The notes beneath the pieces were generated by a model that saw only the letters and a program-made list of their open reading frames with translations, did not search any database and was not told the DNA's origin. The position numbers and the translations under genes were made by a program. Shown piece after piece: positions 32,479-41,789 of a stretch of DNA of 44,083 bases; the stretch's first letter is position 1; each line of letters opens with the position of its first letter. Origin of the DNA: Bigelowiella natans CCMP2755 (lineage: Eukaryota > Protista > Cercozoa); NCBI GenBank assembly GCA_000320545.1, contig ADNK01001602.1, positions 1 to 44,083 on the forward strand, written 5' to 3'.

Positions 32479-32721
32479 ATGTCTAACATTAAAGGTGGTG
32501 GTGCTATTTTCAAAGAAACACCTACAATGGCAAACAATGTTGTAGGTCAAACAACAGATACTATTAATCAACAATTAAACGATAATAATGCACAAAACAC
32601 AGAAAATAAATTACAACCTGATTTTTTAAAAGAAGTTTTTATGATGGATAAAGAAAACAAAACTATTACGATAAATTCTGAATGTAAACTCATTGTGCCT
32701 AATGATTTAATTCAAGGATAG
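32479..32721 (+). CDS. Small viral-like protein
   Basis: Intronless 80-aa ORF; C-terminus TITINSECKLIVPNDLIQG parallels VVRIKGGVKFEVSGDFVQG of the upstream ORF. Confidence 0.55.
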   Translation: MSNIKGGGAIFKETPTMANNVVGQTTDTINQQLNDNNAQNTENKLQPDFLKEVFMMDKENKTITINSECKLIVPNDLIQG

Positions 32722-32760
32722 TTCGTTTAAAAATAGTATAGTTTTTTATAGTCATAAGTA

Positions 32761-33342
32761 ATGACTACAAGAAAAGTGTATTTTTATAGATTAACATGTT
32801 TAAATACAAGAGAAACATATGTAGGTAGTACTACTATGAATCCAAAATTAAGATTGCAAATGCATCTTGCTAATTTTAGAGCATATGAAAAAGGTTTTGG
32901 TAATTTTTGCTCTTCGTATCAAATTTTAAAAAGAGATAATTACATGTTTCAAGTTATATTAGAAAAGGATGCTAAAAAAATATCTGTTTATCAGAAAAGA
33001 AAGAAAGAAGCAGAACTAATAGCTGAAGAAAAAATGAAAAGAAAATGTGTTAATAAAAATATTCCAGGTAGAGATATAAAACAATATAGAATAGATAATA
33101 GAGATTATATTAATGCTTATGCGAGAGATTATTATGAAGATATAACAAAACACGATAAAATATATTGTCCCTTCTGTGATGGACATGTAATTAAAAAATA
33201 TTATGAACATCATATACACACTAAAAAGCACATAAAAAATCTTCTCAAATTAAATGATGAAAATAAAAATACCAGCGAAAGTAAGCAAGAAAGCAAGATT
33301 AGCATTGAAATTAAAGAAGCTAAATTGGAAAGGCACGATTGA
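32761..33342 (+). CDS. GIY-YIG endonuclease with C-terminal C2H2 zinc finger (NCLDV/PLV type)
   Basis: VYFYRLTC...TYVGST...RLQMH...E...VNKNIP; CPFC...HIHTKKH. Confidence 0.8.
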   Translation: MTTRKVYFYRLTCLNTRETYVGSTTMNPKLRLQMHLANFRAYEKGFGNFCSSYQILKRDNYMFQVILEKDAKKISVYQKRKKEAELIAEEKMKRKCVNKNIPGRDIKQYRIDNRDYINAYARDYYEDITKHDKIYCPFCDGHVIKKYYEHHIHTKKHIKNLLKLNDENKNTSESKQESKISIEIKEAKLERHD

Positions 33343-34000
33343 AACTGGAATGAAAAGAGCTAAACAATTAGCATGTGACGATACTATAGATGTTGAAGAT
33401 GTTGTCGTGATGAATGCTTGGTTTAGTAGGCATCAATGCACTTCTAAACCAGGATGCGACAAATGGAAAGCAGATGGCAAACCGATGGATCAAGGACAAA
33501 GAAACAAGAGAAGAGGTGCTGTTTCGTGGTTAGCCTGGGGAGGAAATGCTGGATTTGAGTGGGTTAACAGTAAAAAAGTTCAAGATGTCATCAAAAAGTA
33601 CAAGATGAGCAAAAATAAAAAGTATGTGCCTAAATCATTAAGCAAAGAAGATAGAAAAAAACAAATAGAGAGCATATTTTATGGCAGAGCACGGCCTAAA
33701 TTAAGAAGTTTTAAAAGCAAGAAATCCAAATGGACTGTCAAAGCTGACAAGCATTTCAAAGGTGACACATCCTCATCTAATGTGACTAAAGTTTTAGATG
33801 TTCCTTCAAAAGCATCAAAAAAAATTATGAAAAAAGGTGAAGGAGCTTACTACTCTGGGGGATCAAGACCGAATCAAAGTGCTGAGTCGTGGTCAAGAGC
33901 CCGTCTGCATTCTGTTCTGTTTGGTGGACCATCTCGTGATGTTGATGAAAAGATTGCAAGCAAATGTGACATTCCTTTGTTGGAACAAAAAAATCTGTAG
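33254..34000 (+). CDS. Basic viral protein(s): phage/NCLDV-type 'RAKQLA...FSRH...SWLAWGG' domain followed by a DUF5824-like domain; partly hypermutated
   Basis: GMKRAKQLA...MNAWFSRH...VSWLAWGGNAGFEW; KYVPKSLS...KGEGAYYSGGSRPNQSAESWSRARL. Apparent Tyr->Cys/His scars (HQCTSKPGCDKW). Confidence 0.65.
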   Translation: MMKIKIPAKVSKKARLALKLKKLNWKGTIETGMKRAKQLACDDTIDVEDVVVMNAWFSRHQCTSKPGCDKWKADGKPMDQGQRNKRRGAVSWLAWGGNAGFEWVNSKKVQDVIKKYKMSKNKKYVPKSLSKEDRKKQIESIFYGRARPKLRSFKSKKSKWTVKADKHFKGDTSSSNVTKVLDVPSKASKKIMKKGEGAYYSGGSRPNQSAESWSRARLHSVLFGGPSRDVDEKIASKCDIPLLEQKNL

Positions 34001-34007
34001 TGTCACA

Positions 34008-34166
34008 ATGGCATTAAAAAAATTAACCAAAAGACAGAAAGATTTGTTAGCCGCTCATGGCAAGCATCATGGCAAAAAACACATGGCTTCTGTGAGAATG
34101 AACCTGATGTCAGGTAAAACTTTCAAAGAAGCACACGAATTAGCAACTAAAAAGTGTGGCAAATGA
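34008..34166 (+). CDS. Small basic His-containing viral protein (PLV/phage-like)
   Basis: MALKKLTKRQKDLLAAHGKHHGKKHM...GKTFKEAHELATKKCGK, tightly packed after the previous ORF. Confidence 0.55.
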   Translation: MALKKLTKRQKDLLAAHGKHHGKKHMASVRMNLMSGKTFKEAHELATKKCGK

Positions 34167-34201
34167 TTTTTGTCATCATTGACAATGATGACAAAGTTCA
34201 T

Positions 34202-34794
34202 TCAAATGACAAGATGTTTTTTGTGACTGTCTTCAAGTTCAATGTTGTCTTTGTCATTGGATTTCTTGTGATGTTTGCGAAACAAGTCATCAAAATTTTT
34301 TGATTTGACATCATTGGGCAATGCCGTTTTCATTGTTCCTTCTGCAGATCCGTCGCTGCATTTCACTTTGAAGGTAGCAGGTTCTTGATGGTCATTTTTC
34401 TTTGCTTTGTTTGTGTGGTCCAATGTTTCAACGATGCATTTCTGCTTTTTGTTTCGCAGATTGCGTGCAGGTTTTGACTCAATGTCTGCAAGTTTTTCAA
34501 ATTGTTCACAATCCAATGGCCTTTTGCTGTCAGTGCATCCATGACATGACATGCAATCTTTTGATCTTGATGCTGGTTGAGTTCCCTCACCTTGACCGAA
34601 CTTGATGACAAGTTCTTCAGCAGATTTCCTTTTGCATGTGTCCATGTTGGACGATGTCACATGCAACAATCTTTTGTTCTTCAAAGATCCAAATTGTTCT
34701 TCCGTCAGCCATTTGTCCAATGGCTTTCCATTTTTTCATTTGAACATTCTCATTTGTCACTTCAGGTGAGAACAAATTTGCAGTGTTTTCAACG
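34202..34794 (-). pseudogene. Hypermutated viral-like ORF remnant
   Basis: Lys-rich 172-aa frame that is AT-rich yet nearly TA-free, with no Tyr and many His/Cys. Confidence 0.45.
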
Positions 34795-35106
34795 ATGCTC
34801 TGCTGTGGATTTTGCCATGTCATTTTTGACAAAGATTGTTTTCACAAAACACATGGGATGTGCCTGTGATTTTCATCATGTCATTCTAGCAATTCAGTTC
34901 AGCAGCAGGTCGTCAGTGGGTGAAGCTTTCACGTTGCGCATTTTCGCACATTTTGCTGCAGATTGCTGATGGGAAATCAAATGTCGAACACTTGACATGT
35001 CATGCTCGTGCAATTTTGCCATGTCATTCCAGCAATTCAGTTCAGCAGCAGGTCGTCAGTGGGTGAATTTTTGAAATGAAAATTTTGTGTCATTCCCCTG
35101 CCAACG
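34795..35106 (-). repeat. Right inverted repeat (outer ~40 bp missing)
   Basis: Reverse complement of 28324-28635. Confidence 0.9.
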
Positions 35107-35822
35107 TCTGCTTCGCAATCCACAATGTCCTGCATGACAGCTGCCCAAACATCACGTGTCTGACACTTGCATTCCATCGATGCTTTCAGTTTGGCGCAGT
35201 TGCTCGCCCCAGGTCGCAAGGCTCGCAATGCCAATGCGACCTTCTTGCTTTCGGCGGCCACGTTCTCGTCGTCCGCCTCGTGGAAGTTCTCCAGTGCCTC
35301 CGCTGCTGCATCTGCTTTCTCAATCCCGGGTGCTGGTCCCGGCGGTGCCTGTGGAGGTGTTCCTCCTCCTTCCTTGGCGTCCGCATCGCCCTTCCTTTCC
35401 TGTTCCCGCTCGTGCCCTGGCACGGCCTGCGGTCCAAAGTCCTGCTGTTCTTCTAGCTGCTGCAACATTGGCAGTCAAATCGTTTCCCGTGTGTGGAAGC
35501 CAAAGGTTGTTGCGCGCAGGGTGCCGCTCGGTGCTCAAGGCAAAGGCGCTACGTGCACAAGGAGGGAAGGGGGACACGTTTGCTTCCTTTTGGACAGTCA
35601 ATTTGTTTTCATCAATGAATGTGTTGTCATCAAATCGTGCACTGCGTGTTCATTCGCGAAGCCGTCGCACGTGGGGCAGCACACTTCCGGTGTGCTGCCA
35701 TGGGTCCCGCCGGAACCCACGTGCCCATGCTGCATTGACATCTACGTCATCTGTGTTCTGCATCCGCGACAACCCCTTTGTTGTCGCACGTGACTTGTGC
35801 TCGCGTAGCAGTGCGCGCCACA

Positions 35823-36400
35823 TGCATGCGCGTGCACGTGCATGGGCTTGCAAGTCCCTGTGGCGATGCAAGTTCACACTCATTGTGTCAACACGCAAAA
35901 AAACAACTCCAATCACTGTTTTGCACAGCATGGTTTTCATTGGAACAATTCCTGATTTTTTTGGTTTTTTTCCCAAAAATTGTCATCATCTACACGCTGA
36001 TCTTGGCAACTAGCCGTGGCGATCACAGACAACAGTGCAGTGTGCACGTGTTGACTGTGGTTGGCCATGTTGCACACATCATTGCGACGCCTGCGTCGCG
36101 AGCGGCATGACACTCACACATGGAACTTGCACATGTACACACGCTGTGATCTAGGAAATCATGCATGGCGCCAGATTTGATTCATTGACAGCACAGCTTG
36201 ATGCAAAATTTGCAAGGTTGCGTCATTTGACGGAAGATGTGCAACACTCCAACTCATGTTGATGTTGAATGGCAAATTGGAATGCAAGGACAGATCTGTG
36301 ATGTGTCATGAGTTGGCACCATTGCCATTCCACAAAACAAAGAATGTGATGATCACTTTTGTTTGGAGCGAGATGAGCGATGTTTTCAAGAAAGTTTCTC
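35823..36400. other. TpA-depleted flank domain
   Basis: TG/CA-saturated; the few surviving TA are mostly CTAG or CTAC. Confidence 0.7.
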
Positions 36401-37515
36401 CCGTAGAGTGGACACAATTTTTTCAAAAGCTTCAATTCCACCTTGTTGCCTTTTCAAGGTTAAGATGGCAAAGGCATTAGAACCATATTTCCTTTCATAA
36501 CCTTGGATGACGTTGCACTGAATATTGAGAGACTGAGGCGTAGATATTTCAAATTTTGTTTTCATTTTATCCTTATGTGCAATTTTAAAGGCTGTGCAAC
36601 TTTTGATATCTTTGATGATGTCCAACGTGGACTTTGGAGGTGATGAAAGAAGAAGAATTTTTTTTACATAAGGATCAAGGGATAGCTTCTCCATGCCACC
36701 TACAATTTTAATGTTTCCTAGTTCTCTCTCTCCACGCGGAAGGATTGATCTCGTGACTCGATGTTTCCTGATATTATACTCGACGGTGTATGGAAAAAGG
36801 TTTCGCTTCTTCAACCACACCTTTACGACTATCTGCGCTTCATCTATACATATTTTATTCCTATACGCGAGATCTCCAGTGAATATTTCTTTACATTCCA
36901 CGACCAACTTGTTAGAATTCCCCATGATGCACTCCACTTTCACATTCCCCAAAAAAGCGTTGAGTTGCTCTTCACATTTTTCCGCAGAATCAACGGCTTT
37001 GTCCAAAAGTTTGTCCGGTCTGATCGTCCTAAGAATAATTCAAATTCTCAGTCCACATACACTCTACACCGATCAGTATTACATCTTTAAGGGCTCGCCG
37101 TCGCCTTCCTGATTTACATAAATCAATTCAGCCGTGTACCTCACACATATTGTAACATAAGATTACTCGCTTCCACATCGTTCTAGCGAAGTCTTCACGG
37201 CGTCCAGCACACATAGCTGATGCATCAGTATCTTCTTTCTTGGGATTATCAATAAGTTTCGTGCCCTTTTCGCAGACAATTTTGTAGACATTCTCCATGA
37301 AACAATTGTATAGATGACGAAGTTTTTGTGGGCAACGTTCTCCAAATGACTTGAAATAATTAATTTTCCTCTCATATCCCTTTTCCTTCTCCCAATAGTT
37401 GTATAGATCCTTGTAACGATCTTTCACAACTGTGTTGTTGAAAAGAATATTTGTTTTCCTATTCTTTTTTCCCTTGACCCTAGCTGCAGCTTCCTTTTGT
37501 ATGTTTTTATGGAAC
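36386..37515 (-). CDS. Hypothetical spliced protein (5' end uncertain)
   Basis: Exons ...FARTMWKR | EGDGEPLKM | TIRPDKLLDKAVDSAEK...REKLS* are joined in frame by two GT-AG introns. No family recognised. Confidence 0.6.
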
Positions 37516-37644
37516 TACGGGCGTTCCCCCGTTGAATAAAATGTTAGTTCATCTCATAACCCAACAATGCCATCATTCAAATGTGAACTCAAATAAGATT
37601 CACATAAATCTCTTTCTCTCCATCCCCCAAACCCACCCCCCTCT

Positions 37645-37729
<85 letters not shown>

Positions 37730-38654
37730 TGTGTTTGTGGATGGGCAAACGCACGTTTTTGTGCAAAAGCCTCATTGTTTACACATGAAGTACCTCTTCA
37801 ACGTCAAGTCGTGATGAGGACGTGCTTGGTTTCGACTTCTTTGTGGCTTGGATTGCAGGACACCTGTCGCGACTTCTTTTCTGTCGGAATTCTCGTTTAT
37901 CATGCCTGAAACTTAGCAGGGCTTCAGTAACAGTGCTTGGAGTTCACCACGATAAACGGTTGTCAAACCTGGAGGCCATGTTGAGGTTGTAGGTGCTCAC
38001 CTGTCCTTCAGTGGGAGAAAGGTAGGGTAATTCACCAATGCGACAACTAAAATCCTTTGAAGTATTTTAGGTATTATAAGGTATGAAGTACTTCGGAATA
38101 ATCCCAAAATCCTACATCCAAGAACCCCATCTTTTGCAAGCGGTTACATCTGAAATTACGCCATGAAAGTCTAAATTCTAGCGACGAAAGCAGTACGACC
38201 CAAAAACACTGGGTGAAATCAGGTGAGATACAAACATCTGGCGTTGTCGTAACACAAAAATGCATATTATTTCAGGATACTATTCATACTCGTACATTCG
38301 CACAAGGTTCTTTTCGAGTATCTACTGCCCCTCCTCTAGCAGAGATGATTCCTTCATTTAGCGAAAATTTTTGGGATTTTAAAAGATGAACTGGTTCAGA
38401 ATTTAAAAGAGCACCGAATGCGTCAGATGACCATTTCCATGCTGAGAACGTGCTGCAGGGAACATGATATTGAGGGGTATTCTCGGAAAAACAAGGAAGA
38501 ATTGGGTAATATGATCTTTGAAGCAGCACAGGTAACAGAGTCGAGAAAGGTGCATGGTTGAGTTATGTTCGTATATCATGGTTTTGCCACTTGTTTGTGA
38601 ATGAAATGTGATTGAAACATTGCGTTTTCGTGTTCAACTGCGATTTGACCTATT

Positions 38655-38981
38655 TTGTAATTGTACAACTGTTTTGAAGTGATGATGCTAGACATTGACT
38701 CGCTCGCTCGTGTAGACTGTGCGTGTTTGTGTTATGTGTAGTCCCATCCCGAATCGAATATTTTTTTCTCAAGGCTAGCGAAGATTCATTTGAGTCCGAT
38801 GAGGAGAAGCGCGACCTTGTAATTGTACAACTGTTTTGAAGTGATGATGCTAGACATTGACTCGCTCGCTCGTGTAGACTGTGCGTGTTTGTGTTATGTG
38901 TAGTCCCATCCCGAATCGAATATTTTTTTCTCAAGGCTAGCGAAGATTCATTTGAGTCCGATGAGGAGAAGCGCGACCTTG
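38655..38981. repeat. Near-perfect 162-bp tandem duplication
   Basis: The unit TTGTAATTGTACAAC...GAGAAGCGCGACC starts at 38655 and again at 38817. Confidence 0.95.
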
Positions 38982-40501
38982 ATTACGAAGAGGAGAGCGG
39001 CGACTCTGGTCAAAAAAGAGCGAGTTTATCTACGATTGAAGAATTACCCATTCCTAGACCCAGCAAAAAGGTCATACTTTGGAATAGTACCTCCATATTT
39101 TGCAACTAACCAGAGGATCACAAGTGTGCTGCTCTTTTTACAGATAAAAACTGGAATTGTAAAGCAAAATGAGGAAAGCAACGGGCAGGAAAAGGAGAAA
39201 TTTGAAAAGTTTCTCAAAGAAGCACATCTCTCTGAATACATCCAAAAGTTGTGTAATGATAAATACGATCTCCTCAGGGACTTAAAAAATATGGTGATAT
39301 TTATGATCTAGATATATAAGGCAGATATTGATTTTATATTTAGTATTCTTCCTATTGTTATAACATCTCAGGAAAAAGAGGAAATTGAGAAATACTTCCC
39401 GACAAAACCGCACCGTAGGAGGTTCGAAATTGCAATTAAGAAAATTAAAGACGAAGATAGTGGCGGCAGCAACACTCCTGAAATTGGCGGCAAGCCGGTG
39501 ATTGACGGCAAGCCGGTGCCTAAATTTGCCCGCAAGTTTGCATTGATCATCGGCAATGGAAACTACAGGATGAACCCATTGGGATCAAACCCTGTCAACG
39601 ATGCACAAGCCATTAAGAAAAAGTTTGTTGAGTACGGCTACAAGGTCTTCTGTCATGAAAACCTGAAAAGTAAGGATATGAAGCAAGCTCTTTACAAATT
39701 TGAAATTGCTCTCTCCAGAAAGAAAGGCGAACTCTACCAATTGTATTTTTCGCCGGACATGGTATCCAACTAACGACAAAGAACCCGAAAGTCCCGGTCG
39801 AAAATTATCTGCTGGATATTGACAACAACTATACGTGTGAAAGGTAGAGAGGTATTGACTTTTCGATCATCATTCAAATAACTTCATTTTCCTGTCTTAG
39901 GGAGATAACATATGAAGACCTAACTACCGAACGTATAGTTAAAGCCTTGGAAGCAGCAGACGTCGACGCAAAGATTCTGTTACTAGATTGTTGTCGTAAT
40001 GTATCAGGTATTCCGAATCCATAAGCACCTCTCAAACAACGCGGCCATCATCTACTATCTTATTAGGACTGCCACGCTCGATACTAAGTAAGCATTGTTC
40101 ATTGGTGGGAAGTGGTTTAAAGATCGATGAAAAAGAGCTAAGAGGATGCATGACACTCTACGCTTGTCAGCCAGGTGCATTGATCTTTGGTAACACAAAA
40201 GATTCTTGGGGCCGAAGGATATTTTTGACTTGTGTGTGCTGTGTACATGTCAGGCGAAGAAGCTCTAAATGGAGATACTCAGAACGGACTGTTCACCCAA
40301 TCATTGCTAGAATCCTTCGAAAACATAAGAAAAGATCTGAGACGTAAGAAAAGAGCTGAACATCCTCCAAGATTCCTCGATCTCGTCAATGGAGCTGCGA
40401 AAATAATGGAAGAGCGAAACCAAAGGCCTGCTGTTCAAATTCCGGACAGCCAAGTCATTGACATTTGCATCGATGGAACCCTCTTCAAAGACTGGTTCTA
40501 A
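38936..40501 (+). CDS. SAM-like domain + caspase-family (peptidase C14, paracaspase/bacterial-type) protease; spliced, one apparent frameshift near 39730, 5' exons uncertain
   Basis: FLKEAHLSEYIQKL...YDLLRDL...KPHRRRFEIAI (SAM-like). RKFALIIGNGNY...NPVNDA; IVFFAGHG (39752-39763); ILLLDCCRN (~39986); TLYACQPG; NGLFTQSLL; NQRP. Confidence 0.8.
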
Positions 40502-40639
40502 AATATCAAAAATAGCTGAGAAGTCACAAGCACGCTTGCCACAGTGAAATGACGTAGAGGGGCCACAGCCTTCCACATTCATCTCTGATGACGCCGAAGG
40601 AAGGCCACGGAAACCGTTCCTCTTCACTTTTACGATAGT

Positions 40640-41450
40640 TGCTGGAAACATGTTTTGTGACAATGGACACGCTGTGCACATGACGATGTGTGCATCGTGC
40701 ACATGATTGCACACTGTCCACACTGCATGTGCAACATAGCATGTACGACAGATGTAATGAAATCAATGTTTTTTTCACATTTATTTCATCCTGTGATGTC
40801 AGATGTGCATTCACGAGCATTGCAGATGCAACTGGCTGCATGCATTCCACATGCATGACGTTGAAGGCAGCAGGCATGAAGTAGAGCATGTTGTTTTTCA
40901 CCATGATTGACTTTGCGTCTCTTGCGCAATGCACAATGGTGTGCGCATGACGACAGACTTTGTGTCTCTTGTCACATCAACACAAAATTGCACTTGTGCA
41001 TGCCACAGCGCTGCACTAGATGATGCTTAAGTGTGTTTTCCACATCATTCTTCATGACATTTCAACTTGTCTTGTCATTTGCTTCTGTGTTCAATGCCAA
41101 CTTCAAATCTGTCACGCGTGCAGTCACAATTGTGCGTGAAAAAACAACGCAGGGATTCTATACTCCAGCATATTTTCACATGCGTACATTGTTGTACCGT
41201 GCATTGACGCAAGCGTGAATTGTGACATCGACGTGTGACGGGTCGTTGAGTGTGGACTTGCTTTGTTGGCGCGACGCGGTTGTAGCAAAAGCGTGAGCCA
41301 GCACGCCACGCGCTGCGTGCGACACGATGCACATTGCATGACTACTAGACCAAATCGATGACCATTGCATGTCTAGATGCACAGCGAGCACACACGCATC
41401 ACTAGATCATTCAAATTTCCTATACTGATCTAGTGATGTCTAGATGAACA
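40640..41450. other. TpA-depleted (hypermutated) intergenic domain
   Basis: TG/CA/TGCA excess between two convergent genes; CTAG is over-represented among surviving TA sites. Confidence 0.65.
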
Positions 41451-41789
41451 ATGAATTACTGCAGAAAATCGATTAATACAACGAGCACCCGCTTGAATTC
41501 GACTTGCCCGTGCAAACATCTGATACAAGACATTACCCCGTGAGTCCATTCCCGCGATGGTATCGCGAAACGGCTGTGCGAAATAGTGTGATGCACAACC
41601 GGTGATGTTCGAATGAAGAACGCATTTATACGACTTATCCGCAAATGACTATAACTATGTCTTGAAAGAAACTTTATGAAGATTCCGGGAGAGATGAGGG
41701 ATGTGAGGGAAGATTTCTCGCTTCGACCTGAGGTACGATTTTCGTTATTAAGTTTAAAATACAAATACGAACTGGTACTCCAACGGCTT

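Larger units (their letters stand above)
28280..35106. mobile_element. ~6.8-kb element bounded by long inverted repeats, inserted in the gag of the old Gypsy; cargo is a CRN-type gene plus Polinton-like-virus genes
   Basis: 28324-28635 is the reverse complement of 34795-35106 (312 bp). Gypsy gag homology stops at 28279 and resumes at 35107, with ~200 bp of gag missing. Confidence 0.75.
25369..35822 (-). mobile_element. Older, TpA-hypermutated, internally rearranged copy of the same Gypsy family
   Basis: LTRs at 25369-25694 and 35508-35822, with TGCA on both flanks (TSD). Internal pieces 25695-26111, 26770-28279 and 35107-35507 are colinear with the intact element. RT/RH/IN are missing and gag is split by a 6.8-kb insertion. 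Confidence 0.93.

Noticed and set aside
30938-34794. Contaminant or chimeric contig
   Set aside because: The block carries the same host-type TA->TG/CA scars and sits between matching inverted repeats inside a TSD-bounded element, which indicates true integration.
25369-35822. CpG methylation decay as the source of the TG/CA swaps
   Set aside because: CpGs are abundantly retained in the old copy, and the intact relative has TA, not CG, at the swapped sites.
25369-35822. ADAR-type RNA editing or RT error before integration
   Set aside because: Changes occur on both strands, differ between sister LTRs, and also affect non-retro DNA (TIRs, viral genes, minisatellite).
36386-37515. Candidate deaminase or helicase responsible for the hypermutation
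   Set aside because: No HxE...PCxxC motif. IDEAQ resembles a Walker B motif but no Walker A is visible. No mutator enzyme could be identified in this window.
37648-37735. (TG)n tracts as products of (TA)n conversion
   Set aside because: Adjacent (TA)n runs are pristine and the TG run is strand-uniform; ordinary slippage explains it.
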